DNA from: an uncultured virus (IMG/VR IMGVR_UViG_3300022074_000020)
Lineage: Duplodnaviria; Heunggongvirae; Uroviricota; Caudoviricetes; Kyanoviridae
Length of the DNA: 64,000 nt
Reading direction: 5' to 3' (one strand)
IMG/VR virus record: IMGVR_UViG_3300022074_000020
Coordinates: 1 to 64,000 of that record
The stretch's first letter is position 1, and each line of letters begins with the position of its first letter. A program made the position numbers and the translations under genes. Under the pieces are notes generated by a model. That model was given only the letters and a program-made list of their open reading frames with translations. It was not told the origin of the DNA and made no database searches. Of this stretch, positions 41,201 to 50,149 are shown one piece after another.

Positions 41201-42489
41201 TTGAAGCATCAGCAATTAGTGACGCTTATCCTACTGCAACTCCAACGTACTCTACTTCCCAAAGAAAAGTTCGTATTGCACATAGCAATCACTGCATGTA
41301 TTCTGCATCAAATAACGTTATCATTACTGATGTCAAATCAGAAGTGTCTCCTACTTACTTGACTGCTGCTATCTCAGCAACTGATACATCTCTGAATGTT
41401 AATGATGCTTCTGCATTCCATACAGTCATTAATGGTGCAACTGTTGGTAGTACTAATAAAGGATATGTAAGAATCATTAGTAATGCAGGAACTGAGGTTG
41501 TTTCATACACTGGTATCTCAAGTGACTTCCAAACAATCACTGTAAGTGAAAGAGGACTTGATGGTACAACTGCAGTATCTCACGTTGATGAGTCTGTAGT
41601 TGAGTGTTACAACCTTGACGGTATTCCTCTGATTGAAATCAACAAGACTCATCAAGGTATTCTTAATCCAACTCTCGATACTTACGAGATCTCCACAAGT
41701 TCTATTGCTAGACTTGGTATTAGATCTGGTGGTCCACTTGCGATTGCTACACAGAACGTTCAGTATGATATCTTGGTTCCACAAGTTGAGAGAATGTTAT
41801 TACCTGAAACAGGAATTACTGCAAGAATTAATGGCATTAGTGGTACATCTATCAATGATGGTACTACTAGATTGCAAGAATCGTTCTCAAATGATGGCGT
41901 ATTCTCTGATATTATCTTGAGTGAGGATAATACATTAGGTTCTCCTCAACTTATCTGTTCTGCAATCAATGAATCTAGTGAACTTGCAGGTGCTAAGTCA
42001 TTCAGATTGGATCTGACAATGACTAGTACTAAGTCAAATGTATCGCCTTTAATTGATACAGACAGAATGTCAATGACTACTGTTATGAACAGGATTAATA
42101 GTCCTGCTAATCCTAACACTGCTAAGTTAAGTGTTGGTGATTCACATGATGCAGTATACATTACTCGTGCTGCTGACCTTGTTAATCCATCAGGTGCAAT
42201 CAAGGTTCTGTTCACAGGTTATCGCCCTGCAAACACTTTCATAAAGGTGCTATATAGAGTACGTCCAACTGGTTCTACCGATCACATCACGACATTTGGT
42301 TTCGAGTTCTTCCCTGATGCACAGGCACAAATTCCTGCTACTACAGAGAAAACTATCTTTAAAGAGTACGAATACGAAGTGTCTGGTTTAGCATTTGATC
42401 AATATCAAATCAAGATTGTGTTCACATCACCGAATCAGTCTTTAACTCCTGTTATCCAAGACTTCCGAGCAATTTCTCTCGCTGTATAA
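35260..42489 (+). CDS. vrlC: VrlC-like / DUF4815-type large virion protein (2409 aa)
   Basis: PYYDDFD..KNFYRVLFRPG.PIQARELT..Q start; YTMRDIG.IE.R...EYYT, GFIVDDF and DPLAQSF motifs; follows g8 as in cyanomyoviruses. Confidence 0.85.
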   Translation: MAQNTNLNVTPYYDDFDKAKNFYRVLFRPGFPIQARELTTMQSILQNQVENVGSHLFKDGSMVIPGQVGYDLNVEAIQLQESFLGADVENYRTQLNGKIVTGLTSGVKAKVLFSISASDSTKGYITLYVKYIESGGTQNTQQTFSNNEQLITDTEITFGTTLIEVGSPFAQLLPTAALQKGSVAYIQEGVYFIRGFFVDVQYQYLLLDQYGSNPSYRIGLDIQESIITPEDDLSLNDNAAGTSNYAAPGSHRFRVSTRLVKKLLTDDADKDFLELLRINNSKVEKLVDRSAYDELERSMATRTFEESGDYVVKDFKITARENLDDGFNNGVYETGSTTAQGNTTAERMYAVEFGPGTAYVRGYRVKTLSPTYVDLDKPRDTAASQNTIIPFEMGNNIIVNNVYGFPNSTGSSLSNAYQTIELRDTFTSTPGNGAGNIIGFARLACMEHTSDGDDTTFGNADDTYNTNIFDVQMFNVLELASAVTIQAGSVLIGATSGARAYLVDGVSATDHIKCYQVEGAFAVGEMIVVDGLNVDTVEVSHTYAFSDTRQIVSRDESTNATEFTADIILDDIQVVQGTTFTYDATGSAEKITGQSSNFALDLKPGDRIFFNGTQYVDVDKINPTSLTGSQNSTIFNYQAQTVNVTPGPGGAAPSAGTYAALLRQRSRLNNVQNADLLSEMPKKYIKSISDESMIVRRTFDAQTVASNSISITLPENEQFQAISDTNYTLTVLAGTNSTHPVGDQITINTVSSGTIGYTTFTSSDRTTIQIDNLTNITSIKVTATISKNVTQRKTKSGQQMFVLKTIKTIENLDKQNYNLTYSNLYGTRIQDRDLSLGLVDAYRLHAVYESNDDNDPVLPSVTLVEPTFFATGTIVTGRTSKARAKVVAFSSGTLKLSLVYVSGQLQSGETIDGFDSNGTAISAIINDSVGSVIEGSKVITDNYFLEVAQTGFIYDVSRVTRKKGVATPIRKLLMVIDYYTHSATGDYFGGQSYLDTTYGDIPFFETKFLSDYLDFRPGCKNLYSGTGTVASPAFVNCSTFDFKSRVFNVSGSPNATIFDVPKINSDFRADFDWYLPRIDKAFLTPAGEFQVIKGKSSELPQEPDDLKDGMLLATMSHKPYGFDPESDIVITRSDNRRYTMRDIGGIERRLDQVEYYTSLNMLESDTFNTKIIDSDGKDRLKNGFIVDDFSDHSKSETSHEDFNAALDFAGGQCHPSHYTTNIPLQVNTTLSQNYQQTGPIITRPYSELTIINQPYASRVENINPFNVFTYIGRIDLTPASDDWLDTQRLPQRVTQIEGDFESVSSEMRVDQNGFAPIQWNAWRDQWTTNRTIGSRVTRNSFWLEMDRGRSPNAGVWGGRGMRRVNRTTSFLATTRQTRSGIRSRVIPRIDRQSLGDSVISSTSIPWIRSRNVKVNVERLKPRTRFYSFFDGKKVSDYFTPKLIELIKNPSTDARTNSTPFIPGETVRGQSSGCVLKVANPDDLYVNNPYDDTAMATSYASTTAYLNIDTDALASNAVGEFYGNVQVGEVLVANSGARAIVKDRRLVSDRFGKFQASFFIPPPSVDTNPRWATGTRSIRLSTSDSDSRLAGAVASSAEAEYEASGTLNRVRENVLAVRNAEVVRDTVNQTRNFNTIRTETRQIGWYDPLAQSFISDEEGGVFITSVEVYFFKKDTNIPVSMQIRTMENGYPTTSILPFSDVTLEPSVVQLSETAAVATKFTFKAPVYIPQSIEHCFVLLSDSNEYQIWISRMGEIDITGDRTISEQPYAGVLFKSQNASTWTADQYEDLKFKVNRAEFDTTSLSTVTLNNAPLDIGNGGKLRLQPDPIQTFIPEIDLVLNSTSLPYTIGARIYQKTTLAEGTIAKRTVTSGGVVLTIKDITGTFAAGSNTGGVISNRIVSSKTTATLIVTGASGDFTVGETITGNSATAPTAEVVTWTANTNTLELKFISTDFITSPAETITGGTSTVTATVSSVTYSGDSVEASAISDAYPTATPTYSTSQRKVRIAHSNHCMYSASNNVIITDVKSEVSPTYLTAAISATDTSLNVNDASAFHTVINGATVGSTNKGYVRIISNAGTEVVSYTGISSDFQTITVSERGLDGTTAVSHVDESVVECYNLDGIPLIEINKTHQGILNPTLDTYEISTSSIARLGIRSGGPLAIATQNVQYDILVPQVERMLLPETGITARINGISGTSINDGTTRLQESFSNDGVFSDIILSEDNTLGSPQLICSAINESSELAGAKSFRLDLTMTSTKSNVSPLIDTDRMSMTTVMNRINSPANPNTAKLSVGDSHDAVYITRAADLVNPSGAIKVLFTGYRPANTFIKVLYRVRPTGSTDHITTFGFEFFPDAQAQIPATTEKTIFKEYEYEVSGLAFDQYQIKIVFTSPNQSLTPVIQDFRAISLAV

Positions 42490-42713
42490 TGTATCAACCT
42501 GTCAAAGGACATGATAATTGGTTTAGGGATTCCTCATCGGGGTTCTTTAACTGTGCTGATGAAGATACTTACACAAAGTATATGAAGGCACATGCAGCAG
42601 AGAAAAGAGCGAAGGATGATTTTAACACTTTACAAAATGAAGTTTCTGAGTTAAAATCGGATATGAGTGAGATTAAATCACTTCTACTAACGTTAGTCCA
42701 AAAATCTGATTAA
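42489..42713 (+). CDS. hypothetical protein with C-terminal coiled coil
   Basis: TAATG-coupled; V.GH...RD..SG and LKSDMSEIKSLL motifs. Confidence 0.8.
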   Translation: MYQPVKGHDNWFRDSSSGFFNCADEDTYTKYMKAHAAEKRAKDDFNTLQNEVSELKSDMSEIKSLLLTLVQKSD

Positions 42714-42716
42714 ATT

Positions 42717-42947
42717 ATGACCACATCAGCACCTGTTGAAAAGGTTTCTCAAGAGGAGATGCTTAAACAGTTCAAAGAACAATACGCAGGATTTATTAAA
42801 GAGAACCAAGAACTCTCTGCAAAAATCAAACAGAATGAAGTCCAAGCACTGAAACTTCAGGGGGCAATCGAGACCCTCGAATACTACAGTGCAGGAGACG
42901 AACCTGAAACAATGTCACATCCTCCTGACGAAGAAACGGAAGAATAA
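42717..42947 (+). CDS. hypothetical coiled-coil protein
   Basis: ORF ending just before a terminator; KLQGAIETLEY motif. Confidence 0.75.
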   Translation: MTTSAPVEKVSQEEMLKQFKEQYAGFIKENQELSAKIKQNEVQALKLQGAIETLEYYSAGDEPETMSHPPDEETEE

Positions 42948-42951
42948 TGAC

Positions 42952-42976
42952 AGGGGGTTCATAGGAACCCCTTTTT
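42952..42976 (+). terminator. intrinsic terminator
   Basis: GGGGTTC-atag-GAACCCC followed by TTTTT. Confidence 0.85.
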
Positions 42977-42982
42977 ACTAGC

Positions 42983-42989
42983 ATAAATA
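42983..42989 (+). promoter_or_regulatory. T4-type late promoter
   Basis: ATAAATA right after the terminator, upstream of the fibre gene. Confidence 0.8.
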
Positions 42990-43027
42990 ACTTGGAAGCA
43001 TAAACCGTATAGAGTTGTCCTAACAAA

Positions 43028-46000
43028 ATGGCAAATAGAATTCAGTTAAGAAGAGGGGGTGCCCAAGAATGGGCAAACTCAAACCCAACCCTTGCTCAAG
43101 GTGAACTTGGCATTGAACTCGACACTGGTCGATTTAAGATTGGTGATGGAGTTACTGCGTGGAACACTCTTCGGTACGAACGACCTGTCGAATCGACGTC
43201 TAATACTGCAAACACTCTTGTTCAGCGTGATGCTGATGGTAACTTCGCTGCAGGTACGGTAACTGCAACTCTTATTGGTAACTCTTCTACTGCTGCACGT
43301 CTTGCTTCAACTAGACAAATCCAAATCTCTGGTGACGTACAAGCATCTGGTGTATTTGACGGTTCACAAAACCTTAACTTAACGTCTGCTATCAGTCTGA
43401 TTTCCACATTACCACATTATGATGGTACTGACACTGCAACTGGAACTTATACAAAAGTAACTCTTGATGCTAAAGGTAGAGTTACAAATGCTTCAAACCC
43501 AACAACTCTTGCAGATTATAACTTAAACGGAACTGTAGAAGGATCTTCTGCTCAACCGTATGACTTAGACCTTGTTGCTGTTGCAGGTCTTACCACTACA
43601 GGTTTGATTTCTAGAACTTCTGGTGGTGCAATGTCAACCAGAACTATTACAGGTACAGCAGGTAGAATCTCTATCAACGATGGTGGTGGTATCAATGGGA
43701 ACCCCACAATCGATATTATTACAACAGCAGTTGTCCCAGGAAATTATAATACTGAATCTTTAACATCTGTCTCAGGTGTGGGATCCAGTTCAGAACCATT
43801 CGGTACTCAGACTGTAAACGCTACGAAATTTACAGTTGACGACAGGGGTCGTCTAACCAGTGCTACGAATGTACCAATCGCTACTGCGACAGAGGGAAGT
43901 AAGTACGCTAACTATGGTGCAGGTACTACTTACGTTAGGTATGATATTATTCAGAATGCCTCTAAGGTATACCAAGCAATCACTGGTATTGCTGCAGGTT
44001 CAGGTGCTCCTACTCATTCTAGTGGTGATTCAGGCGGGTGGAGATATCTCGCTGCCGAGGCGACTGAACAGAAGGGACTTGCGTCCTTTGCACAGGAAGA
44101 CTTTGACGTCGATGCCAATGGGCACGTTACAATCGCTGCAGTAGGTGTAGATAATAATCAATTACAAAACAATAGAATCGGTTTTGCTGATGGCAACACC
44201 GTAGAAAACTTTGAACTCGATCAAGAACTTACAGCAACAACTGGTTACAGAGGATTCAACTATCTAAATTATGTTAAAGTTAATGATACTAGTGGCAACC
44301 TACTGTTTGGCGCGAATAATACAGGCGACGGTGGGGCTGGTGAGGTTGATATCAATGTCCGTACCGTTATATCTGATCCTGATATTATTCTTGATGGAGC
44401 AACTGCTCAACAAATTGATAAGACTGGGGATGGAAACCTCAATATTGAACTAACTCAGAATACTGCAACTAATAGAAACTTTACTGTTGCTTCTACAAAC
44501 GCAGGTTCTGGCACAAGCACACTAACATTAACAGCAGAAGATGTTGTTGACATCGATGCATCTGCTGCTACTGGTAAAGTACACGTTGAAGATTCGAGAT
44601 TCCAAGATAATTATATTGCAACTTCTAATGCTACCATGCACCTGGATCCAGGTGATGATAGAGCAATCACTGGATTAGTCAGAGTTCATGGAGACTTACA
44701 AGTAGATGGAACAACTACAACAGTTAATTCAACGGTTACGACAGTTGATGATCCCATCATTACTCTCGGTGGTGACACTGCTCCTGCTAGTGATGACAAT
44801 AAAGATCGTGGAGTTGAGTTCAGATATTTCGACTCTGAGGCGAGATTGGGATTCTTTGGTTACGATGATTCGTACACAGATCTTGGAGGACACGTCGGAG
44901 GATTCTCCTTCCTCCACAACGCCACTAATACCTCAGAGGTCTTTAGCGGGACCGCGAGTGGTATAACTGCAGGTAACTTAAAACTTACAACGAACACAAA
45001 CTCAACATCTAATACTACTGGAGATTTGGTAGTTGCAGGTGGTGCAGGTATTGGAGACGATGTTAATATTGGTGGATTACTAGATGTTGACGGGACATTC
45101 AGGGCAAACAGTACATCTAGATTTGATGATAATATTGTTTTACAAGGTGCTTCTAAGACATTACAACTAAACAATGGATCTGGAACTACTAAGATTGAGT
45201 TTCAATCTACAACTGGTAACGGTTCTCTTGCAGGTATCTTAGATGTAACTGGTAACTTCAACGTTAATACTAATAAGTTTAATGTTGTTGCTGCTTCTGG
45301 TAACACAACTGTTGCAGGTACACTGGGTGTTACAAACATTGCTACCTTCTCTAATAATATTGATGCAAACGGTGACGTTGCAATCGCAGGAAATATACAT
45401 TCAGAAAGTACAAATGATATCACCACTGCTAAGAACGCAGGAACTGGTGTATGGGAGATTCAATCAAATGATTATGGTTCATTAAGAGTTGACGGTGGTG
45501 CATACGTTGCAGGTTCTGCTCTGATCGATGGTACGTTACACGTTAACGGTCCTCTTGAGATTAAGGATAGTGCGACAGAGACTGAATCTAGATTGAACTG
45601 GTTGAGAGTTAGATACAGAGGTCGTTTCGGTGACACTTATCAGGCATCTCCTACCTACGCATCTCATAACTTCTCCACCTTAAAAGCACACGGTGGTGCA
45701 GGTATTATGAAATCCCTGTACGTTGGTGCTACTGGATCTAACGAAAGATTCTCTGTTGGTAAACTCAATAGTAATGATACTGAGAAGTTCACTGTTATTG
45801 GTGCAACTGGTAATACAACTATTCAAGGTACATTACTTGTTGAAGATAATGTAAACTTCAATGGCACGCTAGACGTTGATGCTGATTTTGCAGTTAGAAA
45901 CGGAACGACTGATAAGTTCTTTGTTGATAACGTAACTGGTAATACTAATATTGAAGGTACACTGACTGCTGATGGTCACACAGAATTAAATAGCACTCTT

Positions 46001-49000
46001 AACGTTGATAATAATACAACACTTGGTGGCACACTGACTGTTGCTAACAACACAGAAATCAATGGCACCTTAGATGTAGATGCAAACTTTGCAGTCAGAT
46101 CAGGTTCAACTGATAAGATGACTGTTGCATCTTCCACAGGTAACATTGCAACTGATGGTACACTAACAGTTCAAGGTGAAACACAGATCATTGACTCTCT
46201 AATCATCAATGCATCTAACGAAGAGTTTGCAATTCAGAATGGTTCTGGAGTAGATAAGTTCACAGTTGATACTGATAATGGTAACACTATTATTGCAGGT
46301 CAAACAACGATTGGTGGTGCAACTCAAATTAATAATACTGTTGGTATTACTAATGTCACTTCAATTACTAGAAACACTCAGCAAACTCTGACTGGAAGTT
46401 ATGCTGCTGATGGTGCATTCCGTTTAACTGGTGGTGCAGGTATCGGTAAGAACCTTGCTATCGGTGAAGGATTAAGAGTTTATGGTGGCACAGAATTAAC
46501 AGGTGCACTTGACCTTAATAGTAGTGCTGATATCTCTGGAGGATTAGTAACTCATGATAACGTAACGGTTACAGCAGATAATAAGTTCTTTAAAGTTCAG
46601 AATGGTTCTGGTGTAGACAAGTTTACTGTTGATACAGATAATGGTGATGTAGTTTCTCAAGGTCAACTAACTGTTGCAGGTGATACCGCATTACAATCTG
46701 ATCTTGTAGTTACTGGAAACTTAACTGTAAATGGAACAACTTCTACTATTAACAGCACTGTCACTACAATCGATGATCCTATCATCACTGTTGGTGGTGA
46801 CACAGCACCCGCGTCTAACGATGGTAAGGATCGAGGTGTTGAATTTCGTTATTATGATGGTTCTGCTAAACTCGGTTTCTTCGGTTTTGACAGATCCACC
46901 TCAGAATTCGCACTCTTAACTAGTGCAAGTAACTCTTCTGAAGTATTCAGTGGTACTGACGGTGCATTAAGAATCGGTTCTATTCATGTTACAGGTGCAG
47001 GTACATCTGTTGACATTGACAATAACTTAAATGTTGATGGTACAGCAACAGTAGATGGTCAGATTATCTCTCAGGTATCATCTGGTCCTGCTCTTGTTAT
47101 TCCTACAACTGATAAAATCAATAATCTTAACGCAGACTTACTAGATGGTATGACAACTGCGACTGCTGCAACAGTCTCTACAGTTGTAAATCGTGACTCA
47201 TCTGGTGACTTTGCTGCTAATCAAATCACTGCTGCTAGTGCTACAGGATCTGGTGCAGGTTTCTTAGGTAACGCTTCTACTGCTGATGCATGGAAGACTG
47301 CTAGAACATTTACCCTCAACGGTGTTGTTCAAGGTTCTGTATCTGTAGATGGTAGTTCTGCCCCAACAATCACAACAACATTCGTTGATGCTGATAGCAC
47401 TGGTCTTGCTGCTATGTCTGGAACTGGTTATGTCGTAAGGACAGGAACTGGAACCTATGCACAGAGAACATTTGCTGTTACAGCGTCGTCAGGTATTACA
47501 CTTACTAATGCCGATGGTGTTGCAGGTAACACTACGATCAACGTTGCTTCATCAGCATCTAACTCTTCTAATAACCTTGTAATCAGAGACGCATCTGGTA
47601 ACTTTGCTGCAGGAACTATCACTGCAAACCTTACTGGTCAAGTATCTGATATCAGCAACCATAACACTGGTGATCTTACTGAAGGATCTAACCTATACTA
47701 CACCGACGAAAGAGTTGACGATAGAGTCAATGCTCTTATCATTGCAGGAACTGGTATCACTAAGGCATATAATGACGCTGCAAACACATATACACTGACC
47801 GTAACTCAAGCAGACATTGATACTGATAATGTAACTGAAGGATCATCTAATCTCTTTACTACTGCTGCAAGAACTAGAACTCACTTTACCTACGGAACTG
47901 GTATTACTCATAGTTCTGGAACTTTATCAGTAACTCAAGCAGATATTAATACAGACAATGTAACTGAAGGATCGACCAACCTGTTCACCACTGCTGCTCG
48001 ATCAAGGACACACTTTACCTACGGAACAGGTATCGAATTGTCTGGTAGTGGTGAACTTTCTGTTACTCAAGCAGATATCAACACTGGCAATATCACTGAA
48101 GGATCTAATCTCTTCTATACTAATGCTAGGTTTGATACCCAGTTAGCAACTAAGGACACTGCTGATCTTGCAGAGGGCACCAACCTCTACTTCACTAACG
48201 CTCGTGCTGATGCTAGGGCAGATTTAAGAATTGCTGCTGCTGATACAGATAATTTATCAGAAGGTTCTTCCAACCTATACTTCACTAATGCTAGGGCAGA
48301 CGCTAGAATCGCTGCTGCATCTACAAGTGACCTATCAGAAGGAACTAACTTATACTATACAAATGCAAGAGCAGATGCAAGAATTGCTGCTGCATCTACT
48401 AGTGATCTTAGTGAGGGTACAAACCTTTACTACACAAATGCTCGTGCTGATGCAAGGGTTGCTGCTGCTACTGGTGCAAACCTTGATCTTTCTAGCAAGA
48501 GTACAACTAACCTTGCTGAAGGAACTAATCAATATTATACAGAAGCAAGAGTTCAAGCAAAACTTGACAATGCATTTGAACAGTTAAGTGCAATGTTAAA
48601 CAACCTTGCTACAACAACTACACTCACACTAGCACTTAGTGGAGATCCAACACCTGGTGCAGTTGTTACAACAGGAGTCAGTGTTGGTGGTGGCGGGGGA
48701 TTCACAGGAGCAACAGGAGTCGCAACTTCTGGTGGAACTGGATCTAGTTTGACTGTTGATACTACAGTTGATGCTGATGGAAACATCACTGCTGCTGCAG
48801 TAAACGCAGGCGGTTCTGGATATCTAATCACAGACACCGTTACAATCACCAATGCCAATGCAGGTAAAGTGTTATCACTTAACTTGGCATCCTTGGCAGG
48901 TGGATCAAATTATGTTACAGGAACTGCTCTAGCAACGACTGGAGGTTCTGGATCTGCAAGTTTGGTGGTAAATATTACTGCATCTGCAGGTGCGATTACC

Positions 49001-49330
49001 AACGTTACTATCAATGACGGTGGAACTGGTTATGCTGTTGGTGAGACAATCACTATTGTTCAACCAACTGGTCTTGATGGATCAAACCCAGGATCAGGTG
49101 GTACAGTGAATACTGCTACCGTTGCAACCAATGCAACTCTAACTCTTACTGATATCACAACGATGGAAGTTGGAGCAACAGTTACTGGTGCTACTTCTGG
49201 TACTACTGGAGTTATAACCGCTATCGGTACTAACTCAGTAACACTTGATAATGTTGACGGATTCTACAAAAAAGGAGAAGTCGTCAGTGCTAATGATGTT
49301 ACTACTTTGACAATATCCTCATTCAGTTAA
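43028..49330 (+). CDS. long fibre protein (2100 aa) with Mtd/hyaluronidase-like N-terminal domain
   Basis: RIQLRRG...W...NP.LAQGE.G.E.DT..FKIGDG.T.WN.L N-terminus; beta-rich repeats; located just before g13. Confidence 0.85.
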   Translation: MANRIQLRRGGAQEWANSNPTLAQGELGIELDTGRFKIGDGVTAWNTLRYERPVESTSNTANTLVQRDADGNFAAGTVTATLIGNSSTAARLASTRQIQISGDVQASGVFDGSQNLNLTSAISLISTLPHYDGTDTATGTYTKVTLDAKGRVTNASNPTTLADYNLNGTVEGSSAQPYDLDLVAVAGLTTTGLISRTSGGAMSTRTITGTAGRISINDGGGINGNPTIDIITTAVVPGNYNTESLTSVSGVGSSSEPFGTQTVNATKFTVDDRGRLTSATNVPIATATEGSKYANYGAGTTYVRYDIIQNASKVYQAITGIAAGSGAPTHSSGDSGGWRYLAAEATEQKGLASFAQEDFDVDANGHVTIAAVGVDNNQLQNNRIGFADGNTVENFELDQELTATTGYRGFNYLNYVKVNDTSGNLLFGANNTGDGGAGEVDINVRTVISDPDIILDGATAQQIDKTGDGNLNIELTQNTATNRNFTVASTNAGSGTSTLTLTAEDVVDIDASAATGKVHVEDSRFQDNYIATSNATMHLDPGDDRAITGLVRVHGDLQVDGTTTTVNSTVTTVDDPIITLGGDTAPASDDNKDRGVEFRYFDSEARLGFFGYDDSYTDLGGHVGGFSFLHNATNTSEVFSGTASGITAGNLKLTTNTNSTSNTTGDLVVAGGAGIGDDVNIGGLLDVDGTFRANSTSRFDDNIVLQGASKTLQLNNGSGTTKIEFQSTTGNGSLAGILDVTGNFNVNTNKFNVVAASGNTTVAGTLGVTNIATFSNNIDANGDVAIAGNIHSESTNDITTAKNAGTGVWEIQSNDYGSLRVDGGAYVAGSALIDGTLHVNGPLEIKDSATETESRLNWLRVRYRGRFGDTYQASPTYASHNFSTLKAHGGAGIMKSLYVGATGSNERFSVGKLNSNDTEKFTVIGATGNTTIQGTLLVEDNVNFNGTLDVDADFAVRNGTTDKFFVDNVTGNTNIEGTLTADGHTELNSTLNVDNNTTLGGTLTVANNTEINGTLDVDANFAVRSGSTDKMTVASSTGNIATDGTLTVQGETQIIDSLIINASNEEFAIQNGSGVDKFTVDTDNGNTIIAGQTTIGGATQINNTVGITNVTSITRNTQQTLTGSYAADGAFRLTGGAGIGKNLAIGEGLRVYGGTELTGALDLNSSADISGGLVTHDNVTVTADNKFFKVQNGSGVDKFTVDTDNGDVVSQGQLTVAGDTALQSDLVVTGNLTVNGTTSTINSTVTTIDDPIITVGGDTAPASNDGKDRGVEFRYYDGSAKLGFFGFDRSTSEFALLTSASNSSEVFSGTDGALRIGSIHVTGAGTSVDIDNNLNVDGTATVDGQIISQVSSGPALVIPTTDKINNLNADLLDGMTTATAATVSTVVNRDSSGDFAANQITAASATGSGAGFLGNASTADAWKTARTFTLNGVVQGSVSVDGSSAPTITTTFVDADSTGLAAMSGTGYVVRTGTGTYAQRTFAVTASSGITLTNADGVAGNTTINVASSASNSSNNLVIRDASGNFAAGTITANLTGQVSDISNHNTGDLTEGSNLYYTDERVDDRVNALIIAGTGITKAYNDAANTYTLTVTQADIDTDNVTEGSSNLFTTAARTRTHFTYGTGITHSSGTLSVTQADINTDNVTEGSTNLFTTAARSRTHFTYGTGIELSGSGELSVTQADINTGNITEGSNLFYTNARFDTQLATKDTADLAEGTNLYFTNARADARADLRIAAADTDNLSEGSSNLYFTNARADARIAAASTSDLSEGTNLYYTNARADARIAAASTSDLSEGTNLYYTNARADARVAAATGANLDLSSKSTTNLAEGTNQYYTEARVQAKLDNAFEQLSAMLNNLATTTTLTLALSGDPTPGAVVTTGVSVGGGGGFTGATGVATSGGTGSSLTVDTTVDADGNITAAAVNAGGSGYLITDTVTITNANAGKVLSLNLASLAGGSNYVTGTALATTGGSGSASLVVNITASAGAITNVTINDGGTGYAVGETITIVQPTGLDGSNPGSGGTVNTATVATNATLTLTDITTMEVGATVTGATSGTTGVITAIGTNSVTLDNVDGFYKKGEVVSANDVTTLTISSFS
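47665..48555 (+). repeat. nine EG(S/T)NL(Y/F) peptide repeats in the fibre
   Basis: T-x-(D/N)-L-x-E-G-x-N-L-Y-x-T-x-A-R units, 24-44 aa apart. Confidence 0.9.
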
Positions 49331-49336
49331 TAAAAA

Positions 49337-50143
49337 ATGTCTGCTACTAGACCCGCAAGTAAAACCGAATTAAAGAACTATGCTCTTCGTAGATTAGGAT
49401 ATCCTACGATAGACATCAACGTTGCGACTGAACAACTTGATGATCTAATCGAAGAAGCAATTGATTATTACCAAGAGTATCACTACAATGGTAGTTATAA
49501 AACCTTCATGAAAATTGAGGTTACTGATGCTATCAAGACTGCAGCACAAGGAAATACACAAGCAGGTTCTTCGGCATGGTATGAGCAAGATAATTATGTT
49601 GATCTACCACCTGGAACTTTAGGTGTAAACCATGTATATTCTCAGATCGGTGCATCAAGTATCGTTCCTGGAAATATCTTTAACATTAAGTATCAAATCT
49701 TTTTGAATGACATCTATGCTATGACGCATGGTCACATTCTACATTACTTCTTAACTTCACAGTATCTTGAAACTCTTGACTGGGTAACTAACTCACAAAG
49801 AGATCGTAGAGTAAGATTTAATGAACATCAAGGTAGATTATATCTTGATATGGATTGGGGAGACATGACAGCAGGTGACTTCTTATTAGTTGAATGCACT
49901 CTTAGACAAGATCCAGTTACATTCACAAGCATGTTTAATGACAACTGGTTGAAGGATTATGTTGAAGCATTATTCCAACAGCAGTGGGGAAGAAACCTAA
50001 GTAAGTATGATGGTATTCAAATGCTAGGTGGTGTCACCTTAAATGGTAGACAAATCTTAGATGATGCTAGTAAGTTCAAGACAGATCTTGAAGAAACACT
50101 TCGCTCAACTTATGAACTTCCACCTTTAGACTTGGTAGGGTAA
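49337..50143 (+). CDS. g13: neck protein gp13
   Basis: LK.YALRRLG.P.I.INV...Q, WLKDY..AL...QWG.NL.K and GGVTLNG motifs. Confidence 0.95.
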   Translation: MSATRPASKTELKNYALRRLGYPTIDINVATEQLDDLIEEAIDYYQEYHYNGSYKTFMKIEVTDAIKTAAQGNTQAGSSAWYEQDNYVDLPPGTLGVNHVYSQIGASSIVPGNIFNIKYQIFLNDIYAMTHGHILHYFLTSQYLETLDWVTNSQRDRRVRFNEHQGRLYLDMDWGDMTAGDFLLVECTLRQDPVTFTSMFNDNWLKDYVEALFQQQWGRNLSKYDGIQMLGGVTLNGRQILDDASKFKTDLEETLRSTYELPPLDLVG

Positions 50144-50149
50144 ACCGTA

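Noticed and set aside
35260..42489. VrlC as a virulence factor
   Set aside because: The name is historical; context and motifs indicate an ordinary cyanomyovirus structural protein
43028..43180. Diversity-generating retroelement suggested by the Mtd-like N-terminus
   Set aside because: No reverse transcriptase and no TR/VR nucleotide repeat pair in the window; this N-terminal domain is a common fibre anchor
47665..48555. CRISPR-like periodic repeats
   Set aside because: The repeats are in-frame coding units, degenerate at the DNA level, with no spacer structure or cas genes
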